A stretch of DNA of 50,444 bases. Origin: Clostridia bacterium. GTDB lineage: Bacteria > Bacillota > Clostridia > TANB77 > CAG-508. Positions 19,960-27,096 of this stretch are shown in pieces. The notes below the pieces were generated by a model. That model was not told the origin of the DNA. It did no database searches and worked only from the letters and a program-made list of their open reading frames with translations. Position numbers and translations under genes: made by a program. The DNA is taken from NCBI GenBank assembly GCA_022790685.1, contig JAAVXQ010000063.1:1-50444 (forward strand), read 5' to 3'. How positions within the stretch are numbered: the stretch's first letter is position 1; every line of letters begins with the position of its first letter.

Positions 19960-20784
19960 TTAACGGTTGTATCCCAAAATCTTTTCTCTGATAACTCTAA
20001 CTTTGGAATACTGATGAATTTCAAGCTTGTTAATATAACTTTCGCCATTCAGCATCGATACTTCGACACTTTTAATTTGCTCTGATGAGATTTTTTGGGA
20101 AATTCCATCAATAATGATTTGAATATTGCGAGATCTTTGTGGAACTACAGTAATTCTGGAACATATAACAGTATTTAATGTAAAGTCTGGATATGCCGAA
20201 TTCTTAACTGGTGTCAAAAGGCTACAAATCAGTTGAAAATGGTTCGAAAAATCAATTGCACCTCCTGCATTCATCGAATATGCCGTATCTCCTGTACTTG
20301 ATGAAATTATTATTCCATTACTACAAACTTCTTGAAAAAACTCATCACCAATATACTCGCTAAATCTAATAACTGTGTAATCTTTTCCACATATAAGGAT
20401 CTCATTAAAAGCTTTAAACTTTTGCCTTATTCCAGTATAGAATTCAATAACAATGCTTGGTATTAAAACCTTACGTGTTTTTATTTCTTTTTCATGGCTT
20501 AAATACTGGAAAAAAGCATAAATATCATTTTCTGATAAATTTTGTAAAAAGCCTAAAGTTCCCGTGTGGACACCAGCATAAACCTTCTTTTGGCAAAAAT
20601 TTGTGCTGGTAATCGCCTTTAGAAACGTTCCATCTCCTCCTATCGCAATAACCAAATCGCCATTTTCATTTTCTACTAAACAATTTTTGGAATCATCATT
20701 TAGTCTCCGAATATAGTTTGCGATCATATTGCTTTTTTTGTCATCTCTGACAAAAAGTGAAAATGTCTTGATATTATTTTCCAT
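19960..20784 (-). CDS. NAD kinase family protein (divergent)
   Basis: DLVIAIGGDGTFLKA, GTLGFL, FNEILI, NGIIISSSTGDTAYSMNAGGAI. 18-nt gap with a GGAGG SD to the methyltransferase-like gene. Confidence 0.75.
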   Translation of the reverse strand: MENNIKTFSLFVRDDKKSNMIANYIRRLNDDSKNCLVENENGDLVIAIGGDGTFLKAITSTNFCQKKVYAGVHTGTLGFLQNLSENDIYAFFQYLSHEKEIKTRKVLIPSIVIEFYTGIRQKFKAFNEILICGKDYTVIRFSEYIGDEFFQEVCSNGIIISSSTGDTAYSMNAGGAIDFSNHFQLICSLLTPVKNSAYPDFTLNTVICSRITVVPQRSRNIQIIIDGISQKISSEQIKSVEVSMLNGESYINKLEIHQYSKVRVIREKILGYNR

Positions 20785-20857
20785 ATTTTCATCTCCTTTT
20801 CAATAAAATTTTATATAACATATCAAAACAAATTTCTACTATACGAAAAGTGCTAAT

Positions 20858-20886
20858 ATTATACCATTTTTAAGTTATTATGTCAA
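20858..20886 (-). promoter_or_regulatory. Consensus sigma-A promoter of the NAD-kinase/methyltransferase cassette
   Basis: Minus strand reads TTGACA (20881-20886), a 17-nt spacer, then TGgTATAAT (-10 at 20858-20863). Confidence 0.65.
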
Positions 20887-20993
20887 TTTGTGTTTTTTTC
20901 TTTCCCTACTAAAAAAAAACATTATATTCTACAATTTTTATCATATTATGTTACTTATCAAATTATAATATTAAGTATAATAATTGATTTTAT

Positions 20994-21042
20994 GTAAAAA
21001 AACAACTTACAAACAAATATTTAAAGTTTGTAAGTTGTTTTT
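20994..21042 (-). terminator. Strong terminator immediately 3' of tRNA-Arg
   Basis: 14-bp stem aacaacttacaaac / gtttgtaagttgtt with an 11-nt loop, followed on the minus strand by a T7 run. Confidence 0.75.
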
Positions 21043-21119
21043 TGGTGTCCCCAACTGGAATCGAACCAGCGGCCTAACGCTTAGGAGGCGTTCGCTCTAT
21101 CCTACTGAGCTATGAGGAC
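21043..21119 (-). tRNA. tRNA-Arg (anticodon CCU), CCA encoded
   Basis: Minus strand GTCCTCATAGCTCAGTAGGATAGAGCGAACGCCTCCTAAGCGTTAGGCCGCTGGTTCGATTCCAGTTGGGGACACCA. Hand-folded cloverleaf with anticodon loop CTCCTAA and T-loop GGTTCGATTCC. Confidence 0.9.
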
Positions 21120-21184
21120 ATTTTATAAAAAAGAACAATTCTAATTTTAGTTTAAAAATAACAAATTAGAACTGTTCTTATTTT

Positions 21185-21367
21185 TTAAGCATTTAATTTT
21201 TCTACTAATTCATTTACATCAATTCCATGAACACTACATGCTTCTTCTAAAGTTTCTGCTTGTGATGCTGGACAACCTAAACAGTGCATACCAGCTTCTA
21301 ATAAAATTTCTGCTTTTTCTGGAGATTTTTCTAATAATTCTCCTATTTTCATATCTTTATCTATCAT
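21185..21367 (-). CDS. DUF1858 / hybrid-cluster-protein-associated redox disulfide protein (60 aa)
   Basis: IGELLEKSPEKAEILLEAGMHCLGCPASQAETLEEACSVHGID, typical of the DUF1858 family. Confidence 0.7.
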   Translation of the reverse strand: MIDKDMKIGELLEKSPEKAEILLEAGMHCLGCPASQAETLEEACSVHGIDVNELVEKLNA

Positions 21368-21392
21368 TTCATAATCCTCCTATTCTTTTTAC

Positions 21393-21411
21393 ATGTGTTA
21401 TTTTAACACAT
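21393..21411. promoter_or_regulatory. Perfect 8-3-8 palindrome in the divergent promoter region (candidate operator)
   Basis: atgtgtta-ttt-taacacat, 26 nt upstream of the DUF1858 start codon. Confidence 0.4.
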
Positions 21412-21426
21412 TTTTTTATAAAAGTA

Positions 21427-21455
21427 TAGACAAACTAAAAAAAATATTGTATTAT
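21427..21455 (+). promoter_or_regulatory. Candidate sigma-A promoter of the left T4SS-like operon
   Basis: TAGACA (21427-21432), a 17-nt spacer, then TATTAT (21450-21455). Confidence 0.45.
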
Positions 21456-21652
21456 AAAAAAACTTTATATGAAAAGAGGTGATTTTCTATAATTTTACTA
21501 ACTCATCTTTTCTTTATAAGTTTTGGTATCAATATACTTATTATAATCTATTCTATATTTCCTTTTATTCAATTCATTTTATTTCAAGACTTTCAGGGTT
21601 CAAAATTAAATTTCAAAAAAAATCAAATTTAAACTTTCAGAAAGGAGCTTTT

Positions 21653-21976
21653 TTGAAAAAATTTTCTGTTATTTTTATTATATTTGTTCTTAGTTTATTT
21701 TTATATTTTACAATAATTTTTTTATTATTTAATCCCATTTTTAAATCAGATTCAATTATTTTTCCTTATGCTTTAACTGAATTTGATATATGTTTAGTAT
21801 ATCCACAGACTTGGCTTTTAATTAAACAGATTTATCTTATTTCTTGTTTAGTTTCTTTTGTATTGGTATTTTCAAAATTTTCCTCTTTCTTTTATAAAAA
21901 ATGTTCTATAAAGAACATTACTATAAATAATTTAGAAAATATGAGTAAACTAAAACTTTTAGTTCGGTCATTTTAA
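21653..21976 (+). CDS. TraD/VirD4-like coupling protein, N-terminal membrane part (frameshifted gene)
   Basis: AAAGGAG SD, 5 nt, then TTG at 21653. (M)KKFSVIFIIFVLSLFLYFTIIFLLF and LLIKQIYLISCLVSFVLVF TM helices. The track ORF opens earlier at a GTG (21479) that lies inside an SD. Confidence 0.6.
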   Translation: MKKFSVIFIIFVLSLFLYFTIIFLLFNPIFKSDSIIFPYALTEFDICLVYPQTWLLIKQIYLISCLVSFVLVFSKFSSFFYKKCSIKNITINNLENMSKLKLLVRSF

Positions 21977-23339
21977 TCACTCTAATATTTTTATTCCAGA
22001 AAAGGGCTTATTTCAAAATATCTTAGTTACAGGAACAATAGGAACAGGAAAAACCTCTTCTGCATTATATCCTTTTACTAAACAACTAATTGAATATAAT
22101 AGTTCTTCTGTTTCTGAAAAAATAGCCTTACTTATATTAGATGTAAAAGGAAATTATTTTTCTAAAGTACAAGATTTTGCTATCAGTTGTAATAGAGAAA
22201 AAGATTTAGTAGTGGTTGATTTAAATTCAGGACTTAAATATAATCCCTTGGATAAACCTAACCTATCTCCTTTAATTCTTGCAAACAGATTAAAAACAAT
22301 ATTAAATCTTTTTAGTAGTAATAACTCTGAATCCTATTGGTTAGATAAAGCTGAGCAGATATTAAGTGAAGCAATAAAATTTTGTAGATTATATAATAAT
22401 GGATATGTAACTTTTTTAGAACTACATAAACTCATAATGTTTCCAGAATATTATTATAGTAAAATAAAAATAATAAAAAATAACTTTTTAAATAATAAAT
22501 ACAGCAAAAAACAAAGTTATGATCTATTGACTTGCATAGATTTTTTTGAAAAAGAGTTCTTTTCTTTGGATTCAAGAACCTTATCTATCTTAAAGTCTGA
22601 AATAAGTAGAATAACAAATATTTTTATATCAGATTATTTAGTTTCTAAAACTTTTTGTCCAGAAAAAAAAGATATAAATTTTAAAGGCTTTAAAAACATG
22701 TTAGACACAGGAAAAATTGTAGTATTAAATATGAATATAGCTGAATATAAAAATTTATCTAAAATAATTGCAGCATATTTAAAATTAGATTTTCAGTCTG
22801 AAGTTTTAAGTAGATTAAAAACAGCCAAAAATTTTAGAATTTCTGCATTTATTAGTGATGAATATCAGGAATATATCACCGCAACAGATGCTGATTTTTA
22901 TTCTCAAAGCAGAGAAGCAAAATGTATTAATATTGTAGCCACACAAAGTTATACTTCTCTTTTAAATACTTTAAAAGATGAGGCAGCTTTAAAAGTTATT
23001 CTTCAAAATCTTATAAATAAATTTTGGTTTAGAACAGATGACATTTTTACAATTGAAGAAGCACAAAAACTAATAGGAAAAGAAGATAAATTCAAGTTTT
23101 CTACAAGTGTTTCAGAAAATGCAAAAGAAACCAATTTTTCTATTTTCTCTAATTCATTAGTTTCTCACAATTCTAGTATTTCCGAAAGTTATAATAAATA
23201 CACTCAAACAGATTTCATTTTTGATACTAATTTTTTTACTCAAAACTTAGAGACTTTTACCTCTCTTGCATTTTTATCTGATGGATATAAGATTTCCACA
23301 CCACAAAAATTAGACATGCTACCATTTTTTAAAACATAG
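21963..23339 (+). CDS. TraD/VirD4-like coupling protein, NTPase part (frameshifted gene)
   Basis: The frame is open from 21963. Hand translation gives ...IPEKGLFQNILVTGTIGTGKTSSALYPF (Walker A, about 22020-22060) upstream of the track start 22212. Walker B is FISDEYQEY. No canonical start codon lies before the Walker A. Confidence 0.7.
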   Translation, partial: FGHFNHSNIFIPEKGLFQNILVTGTIGTGKTSSALYPFTKQLIEYNSSSVSEKIALLILDVKGNYFSKVQDFAISCNREKDLVVVDLNSGLKYNPLDKPNLSPLILANRLKTILNLFSSNNSESYWLDKAEQILSEAIKFCRLYNNGYVTFLELHKLIMFPEYYYSKIKIIKNNFLNNKYSKKQSYDLLTCIDFFEKEFFSLDSRTLSILKSEISRITNIFISDYLVSKTFCPEKKDINFKGFKNMLDTGKIVVLNMNIAEYKNLSKIIAAYLKLDFQSEVLSRLKTAKNFRISAFISDEYQEYITATDADFYSQSREAKCINIVATQSYTSLLNTLKDEAALKVILQNLINKFWFRTDDIFTIEEAQKLIGKEDKFKFSTSVSENAKETNFSIFSNSLVSHNSSISESYNKYTQTDFIFDTNFFTQNLETFTSLAFLSDGYKISTPQKLDMLPFFKT

Positions 23340-23372
23340 GTTTACCTAAATATATTTTAAGGAAGTGATTTT

Positions 23373-23708
23373 ATAAAAAAGCAAAACAAATTACATATAA
23401 TTATTTTTATTACTATTCTCTTTGCAACTTTTCTTGTTTCTATTCCCTCTTATGCTTTAGCTAGCGATCCAAAACTTATTTCAACTCTAAATTCAGCTTT
23501 TGAAAAATTAGAAAAATACATTCTTAGACTTTCTACTCCTGCAGCTGCTGTTGCAGTTTGTACTGGACTGATTATGAAAAAATTTAGTTTTGGTGATGAA
23601 GAGAAAATTCGTACATCTAAAAGATTAATTAGAGGTGCTTTATTTTCATATGGATTTATCCTTTGTGTAGATTTAGTTTTATCTCTTATTGAGACATTAT
23701 TAAAATAA
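23373..23708 (+). CDS. TrbC/VirB2-like small membrane protein with signal peptide (apparent ATA start)
   Basis: Hand translation: (I)KKQNKLHIIIFITILFATFLVSIPSYALA/SDPKL...STPAAAVAVCTGLIM...GALFSYGFILCVDLVLSLIETLLK*. SD AAGGAAGTGA at 23359-23368. The frame opens at 23361. The first in-frame ATG is at about 23574. Confidence 0.55.
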   Translation: MKKQNKLHIIIFITILFATFLVSIPSYALASDPKLISTLNSAFEKLEKYILRLSTPAAAVAVCTGLIMKKFSFGDEEKIRTSKRLIRGALFSYGFILCVDLVLSLIETLLK

Positions 23709-23720
23709 AGGAGGAATTAA

Positions 23721-24167
23721 TTGGAAGAAGATTTACTTTCATTAACAGATATTATTAAAAATGCCATAAATGACATATTATCTCAAATATTTGCCTCTAT
23801 AGATAATAATCTATATGCTATACTAGATAATTTGAGTTTTATAGATGTTTCTATATTAGAAAATGCTTCACTTTTAAAAATCTTTGGAAAGTCTTCTTCT
23901 GAAGGACTTCTACTTCTATGTAATAGTTTAATTTTAGGATTTATTCTATATTATGCTATAAACTACTTATTATCACATTTTACTTTTTCTAAAATAGATT
24001 CTCCTTCTAGTTTCATTTTTAAATCAATTATTTTTCTAATATGTATGAATTCTAGCCTTTATATTTGCTCACAAATAATAAATATTGTCTCTATATCTTC
24101 ATCTTTTATTTTATCTATTGGAGAAGAAATTTTTCGGAAAACAAATATCCTTTGCGTCCTTTATTAA
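23721..24167 (+). CDS. VirB6/TrbL-like polytopic membrane protein, N-terminal fragment (frameshifted gene)
   Basis: AAAGGAGG SD, 6 nt, then TTG. Several TM helices. Overlaps the next fragment (24085-24167) in another frame. Confidence 0.55.
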   Translation: MEEDLLSLTDIIKNAINDILSQIFASIDNNLYAILDNLSFIDVSILENASLLKIFGKSSSEGLLLLCNSLILGFILYYAINYLLSHFTFSKIDSPSSFIFKSIIFLICMNSSLYICSQIINIVSISSSFILSIGEEIFRKTNILCVLY

Positions 24168-24597
24168 CAATTTAAATAATATATCATATCTTTCCACAGG
24201 ATCTTTAGATATATTTTCTTTTTCTGGAATAATAAAGTCTTTTGTAAATTATGGTCTTATCAATATCCTAATTTCATTTTCTTTAAGATACATAATGATA
24301 CAAATCTTTGTACTTATAAGTCCTTTTGCATTTCTCTCATTAATTAACAGTTCTTCTAGCTGGTTTTTTAAGTCCTGGATTAGATCCTTTATTTCTCTTC
24401 TTTTAATACAAATTTTAGTTGCTTTAATTCTTGTATTAAGTTGCACCATTGACTCTAATGATACTCTTTTAAATATAATTTTGCACATTGGTACTATTTA
24501 TAGTTTAAGTTATGCAAACTCATATATAAAAACCTTAATTGGCGGAATAAGTACCAGTGTATCTACTAATATTTCTTATATGAAAAATTTTTTATAA
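24085..24597 (+). CDS. VirB6/TrbL-like polytopic membrane protein, C-terminal fragment (frameshifted gene)
   Basis: TM-rich (LINILISFSLRYIMIQIFVLISPFAFL, FISLLLIQILVALILVLS). Continues the upstream fragment after a frame change; a T5 run at 24130-24134 is the obvious site. Confidence 0.55.
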   Translation: MSLYLHLLFYLLEKKFFGKQISFASFINNLNNISYLSTGSLDIFSFSGIIKSFVNYGLINILISFSLRYIMIQIFVLISPFAFLSLINSSSSWFFKSWIRSFISLLLIQILVALILVLSCTIDSNDTLLNIILHIGTIYSLSYANSYIKTLIGGISTSVSTNISYMKNFL

Positions 24598-24610
24598 TTT
24601 ATGAAAAGAG

Positions 24611-24907
24611 GTGATTTTTATTTATTTTATTTTTCCAAAAAATTATATGTTTAAGCCTAAACTATTAGGATTTATTGATTACTCAACAGCAATTTTAAAT
24701 GCTATTTTTGCTTTTATTCTCTATAGTCTTTTACATATTTTTATTAAAAATCCTGCTGATATTTTGCCTATATTTTTACCAATCTTTATCCCCTTTTTTC
24801 TAGTAACTATTTTAGGAATTCAAAGAGAAAGTTTTTTATCTGTTTCTAAATATATATTAAAATATGTACTATCCCCTAAATTATATCTTTATCAAAAATC
24901 AAATTAA
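24611..24907 (+). CDS. PrgI/TcpE/VirB3-like small membrane protein
   Basis: FKPKLLGFIDYSTAILNAIFAFILYSL and ILPIFLPIFIPFFLVTILGI, two TM helices. The first ATG in frame is 24647; the track start 24611 is a GTG inside the SD. Confidence 0.5.
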   Translation: MIFIYFIFPKNYMFKPKLLGFIDYSTAILNAIFAFILYSLLHIFIKNPADILPIFLPIFIPFFLVTILGIQRESFLSVSKYILKYVLSPKLYLYQKSN

Positions 24908-24926
24908 ATTTAAATGTATTTCTTAC

Positions 24927-24955
24927 TTGTAATTGTTCTTTTAAAATGATATAAT
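24927..24955 (+). promoter_or_regulatory. Sigma-A promoter of dnaD-dnaI (extended -10)
   Basis: TTGTAA (24927-24932), a 17-nt spacer, then TGaTATAAT (-10 at 24950-24955). Confidence 0.6.
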
Positions 24956-25004
24956 TTCGTACATGTACTAAAGATGATATTTTATAAAAAAGGAGTTTTG
25001 ACAT

Positions 25005-25958
25005 ATGAAATTAACACAAAATGATAAATCACTTTTATTCTCTAGTACAGAATTACCAGATGCTTTTTTTACAGAATATCTACCAGAATCAAATGGTGAT
25101 TTTATAAAAGTATATATTTATATACTTTTTCTATCAAAATATAACACAGAAATTAAAATAAATGATTTATCAAAAACTCTATCTCTTGATTTTCCAACAG
25201 TTCAAGATGCTATAAAGTATTGGGAAGAAAAAGGACTTATTACTAAAACAATAGATGGATACAGTATCGCAAATCTTCAAGAAATAGAGCTTTCAAAGTT
25301 ATATACTCCAAAAGTAACATCTTCTCCTGAAGATGCTCTTAAAAACTCTCAAAACCAATATAGGGCAAAAGCTATTGAAGATATAAATAAATTATTTTTC
25401 CAAGGAGTAATGTCACCTTCTTGGTATAATGATATAGATTTTTGGTTTACAAAATATGAATTTGATGAACAAGTTATGATAGCACTATTTAACTATTGTC
25501 ATGATAACAGAGCTTTACATAGAAACTATATTCAAACAGTAGCAGAAGGCTGGAGTCAAAATCATATTAGAACCTTCAATGATTTAGATGCTTATTTTGA
25601 AAAACAAGAAAAACGAAACTCTATAAAAAAAGCTATTTCAAAAAAATTAAATTTATATAGAAACTTAACAGCTTATGATGAAGAATACATTGTTAAGTGG
25701 ACAGAAAATTTAGGCTATGGAATGGATGTTATTGAAATTGCTTTAAAAAAAGCTTCTTCAAATAATAATATAAGATTTGAATATATAGACAAGCTTTTAA
25801 CAGATTGGCATAACAAATCACTTCAATCTCCTGAAGAAGTTAATACTTATCTTGATTCAATTAAAGATAAAGAAAAGAAAACAAAACAAATAGAAAAAGT
25901 TGCATATGAATATACTCAAAGCACCTTTGATAATTTAGATTCTTTATATGATAACTAA
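25005..25958 (+). CDS. dnaD: DnaD-domain replication initiation protein (DnaB/DnaD-like)
   Basis: Winged-helix N domain. Two DnaD-type C-terminal repeats (WYNDIDFWFTKYEFDEQVMIALFNYC...IQTVAEGW and YIVKWTENLGYGMDVIEIALKKA...YIDKLLTDW). Confidence 0.75.
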   Translation: MKLTQNDKSLLFSSTELPDAFFTEYLPESNGDFIKVYIYILFLSKYNTEIKINDLSKTLSLDFPTVQDAIKYWEEKGLITKTIDGYSIANLQEIELSKLYTPKVTSSPEDALKNSQNQYRAKAIEDINKLFFQGVMSPSWYNDIDFWFTKYEFDEQVMIALFNYCHDNRALHRNYIQTVAEGWSQNHIRTFNDLDAYFEKQEKRNSIKKAISKKLNLYRNLTAYDEEYIVKWTENLGYGMDVIEIALKKASSNNNIRFEYIDKLLTDWHNKSLQSPEEVNTYLDSIKDKEKKTKQIEKVAYEYTQSTFDNLDSLYDN

Positions 25959-25986
25959 ACTTAAGAAAGGATATTCTTAAAAAAAT

Positions 25987-27009
25987 ATGGACAACTCTTT
26001 ATTAAAACAAATACTACGTGAATATGAAGAAAAAAGACAAAAAGCTATATTTGAAGCAGATATTAGAAAAAAAGATTTATTAAAAGTTAATCCTCGTTTA
26101 TCAGAAATAGAAAAAGAACTTTCAAATATTTCTATTCAAACAGCTAAAGCCATTCTTACTTCTGATAAAAAGCAAAAAGAAAACTTACTTTTATCCTTAA
26201 AAAAAGAAACGAATAACTTGCTAAAAGAAAAAAAGAACTTCATAAAAGAACTTACTTCTGATAATAATTATTTAAATCCACATTTTGAATGTAAATTCTG
26301 TAGTGATACTGGATATATAACAAAAGATAATGTAGCTACAATGTGTTCCTGTTTAAAACAGCGAATCTATGATATTGCATATAATAAATCAAATATGGGC
26401 AATTTAGAAAGAGAAAATTTTTCAAATTTTAATGTAAGACTTTTTTCAGATAAACCAAATAAAGATTTATATAAATCTGATATTTCTCCTAGAGAAAATA
26501 TCAACTTAATTAAAGAAAAATCAAAAAACTTTATAGAAAATTTTGATGATCCTGAAGAAAAAAATTTGGTTTTCACTGGCTCTACTGGACTTGGAAAAAC
26601 ATTTATTATTAATTGTATTGCAAATGAAATGTTAAAACAAGGAAAAACTGTACTATACCAGACAGCCCCTGTTATGTTAGATAGTATTATAGACATTAAA
26701 TTTGGAAAAGAAAACTCAAAATTTGATTTGATTGATAATATTTTAAATGTAGATTTACTTATAATAGATGATTTAGGCGCAGAAAGAACAAATGATATTA
26801 AAATAACAGAGCTATTCACTATTATAAATACTCGACTATTAAATCAAAATCATAAAATTACTAAAACAATTATATCAACTAATTTAACTGCCCCTGAGCT
26901 ATTTCAAACTTATACTACTAGAATTGGTTCTAGGTTAGCAGGAAATTATAGATTTTTAAGATTTTTTGGCGAAGATCTTAGATTTAAAAAGTCAAAAAAA
27001 GAAGCTTAA
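25987..27009 (+). CDS. dnaI: DnaI/DnaC-type replicative helicase loader
   Basis: Zinc-binding CKFCSDTGYI...MCSCLKQR, Walker A GSTGLGKTF, Walker B LLIIDDLGAE. Confidence 0.8.
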   Translation: MDNSLLKQILREYEEKRQKAIFEADIRKKDLLKVNPRLSEIEKELSNISIQTAKAILTSDKKQKENLLLSLKKETNNLLKEKKNFIKELTSDNNYLNPHFECKFCSDTGYITKDNVATMCSCLKQRIYDIAYNKSNMGNLERENFSNFNVRLFSDKPNKDLYKSDISPRENINLIKEKSKNFIENFDDPEEKNLVFTGSTGLGKTFIINCIANEMLKQGKTVLYQTAPVMLDSIIDIKFGKENSKFDLIDNILNVDLLIIDDLGAERTNDIKITELFTIINTRLLNQNHKITKTIISTNLTAPELFQTYTTRIGSRLAGNYRFLRFFGEDLRFKKSKKEA

Positions 27010-27016
27010 AATATTA

Positions 27017-27047
27017 AAACAAGTATAAAGATTTATACTTGTTTTTT
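27017..27047 (+). terminator. Terminator after dnaI
   Basis: Stem aaacaagtataaa / tttatacttgttt followed by a T-run. Confidence 0.7.
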
Positions 27048-27055
27048 AGTATATA

Positions 27056-27091
27056 AAAATAGAGTATTTTTCATAAATACTCTATTTTTTG
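27056..27091 (-). terminator. Terminator after gyrA
   Basis: Stem aaaaatagagtattt / aaatactctattttt, 6 nt beyond the gyrA stop. Confidence 0.65.
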
Positions 27092-27096
27092 TTATT

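Larger units (their letters stand above)
21427..24907 (+). mobile_element. T4SS-like module, left half (T4CP, VirB2-like, VirB6-like, VirB3/PrgI-like); no relaxase or integrase
   Basis: Four consecutive plus-strand genes with T4SS-type features (see individual entries). Very AT-rich. Confidence 0.55.

Noticed and set aside
18891-21042. Classical tRNA-targeted genomic island carrying the NAD-kinase/methyltransferase cassette.
   Set aside because: I looked in 18891-19041 and 20785-21042 for a direct repeat of the tRNA-Arg 3' end (ccccaactggaatcgaacc...) and found none. There is no integrase. The flanks and promoter are host-like. The cassette still looks foreign by codon usage, but not as a standard integrative island.
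21125-21186. Hairpin between the DUF1858 gene and the tRNA-Arg 5' end as something more than a terminator.
   Set aside because: The 17-bp stem (aagaacaattctaattt / aaattagaactgttctt) with a T-run on the minus strand fits a DUF1858 terminator. It leaves little room for a separate tRNA promoter, which is mildly odd, but leaky termination or processing is enough to explain it.
21479-21652. GTG at 21479 as the T4CP start (track ORF MIFYNFTNSS...).
   Set aside because: That GTG lies inside the SD-like AAGAGGTGA and has no SD of its own. A TTG at 21653 has an AAAGGAG SD at correct spacing and yields a normal two-TM T4CP N terminus. The open 58 codons upstream are kept as an observation in the 18-mer finding, not as a gene call.
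25005-27009. dnaD/dnaI as an element-borne replication module of the T4SS-like locus (the ICE/phage replisome organiser plus DnaC pattern).
   Set aside because: The DnaD protein has the two-repeat DnaB/DnaD architecture, and the loader has the zinc-ribbon N domain typical of chromosomal DnaI. They have their own extended -10 promoter and terminator, and origin-proximal placement of such pairs is known in Clostridia. I treat them as housekeeping, although this cannot be proven without the rest of the genome.
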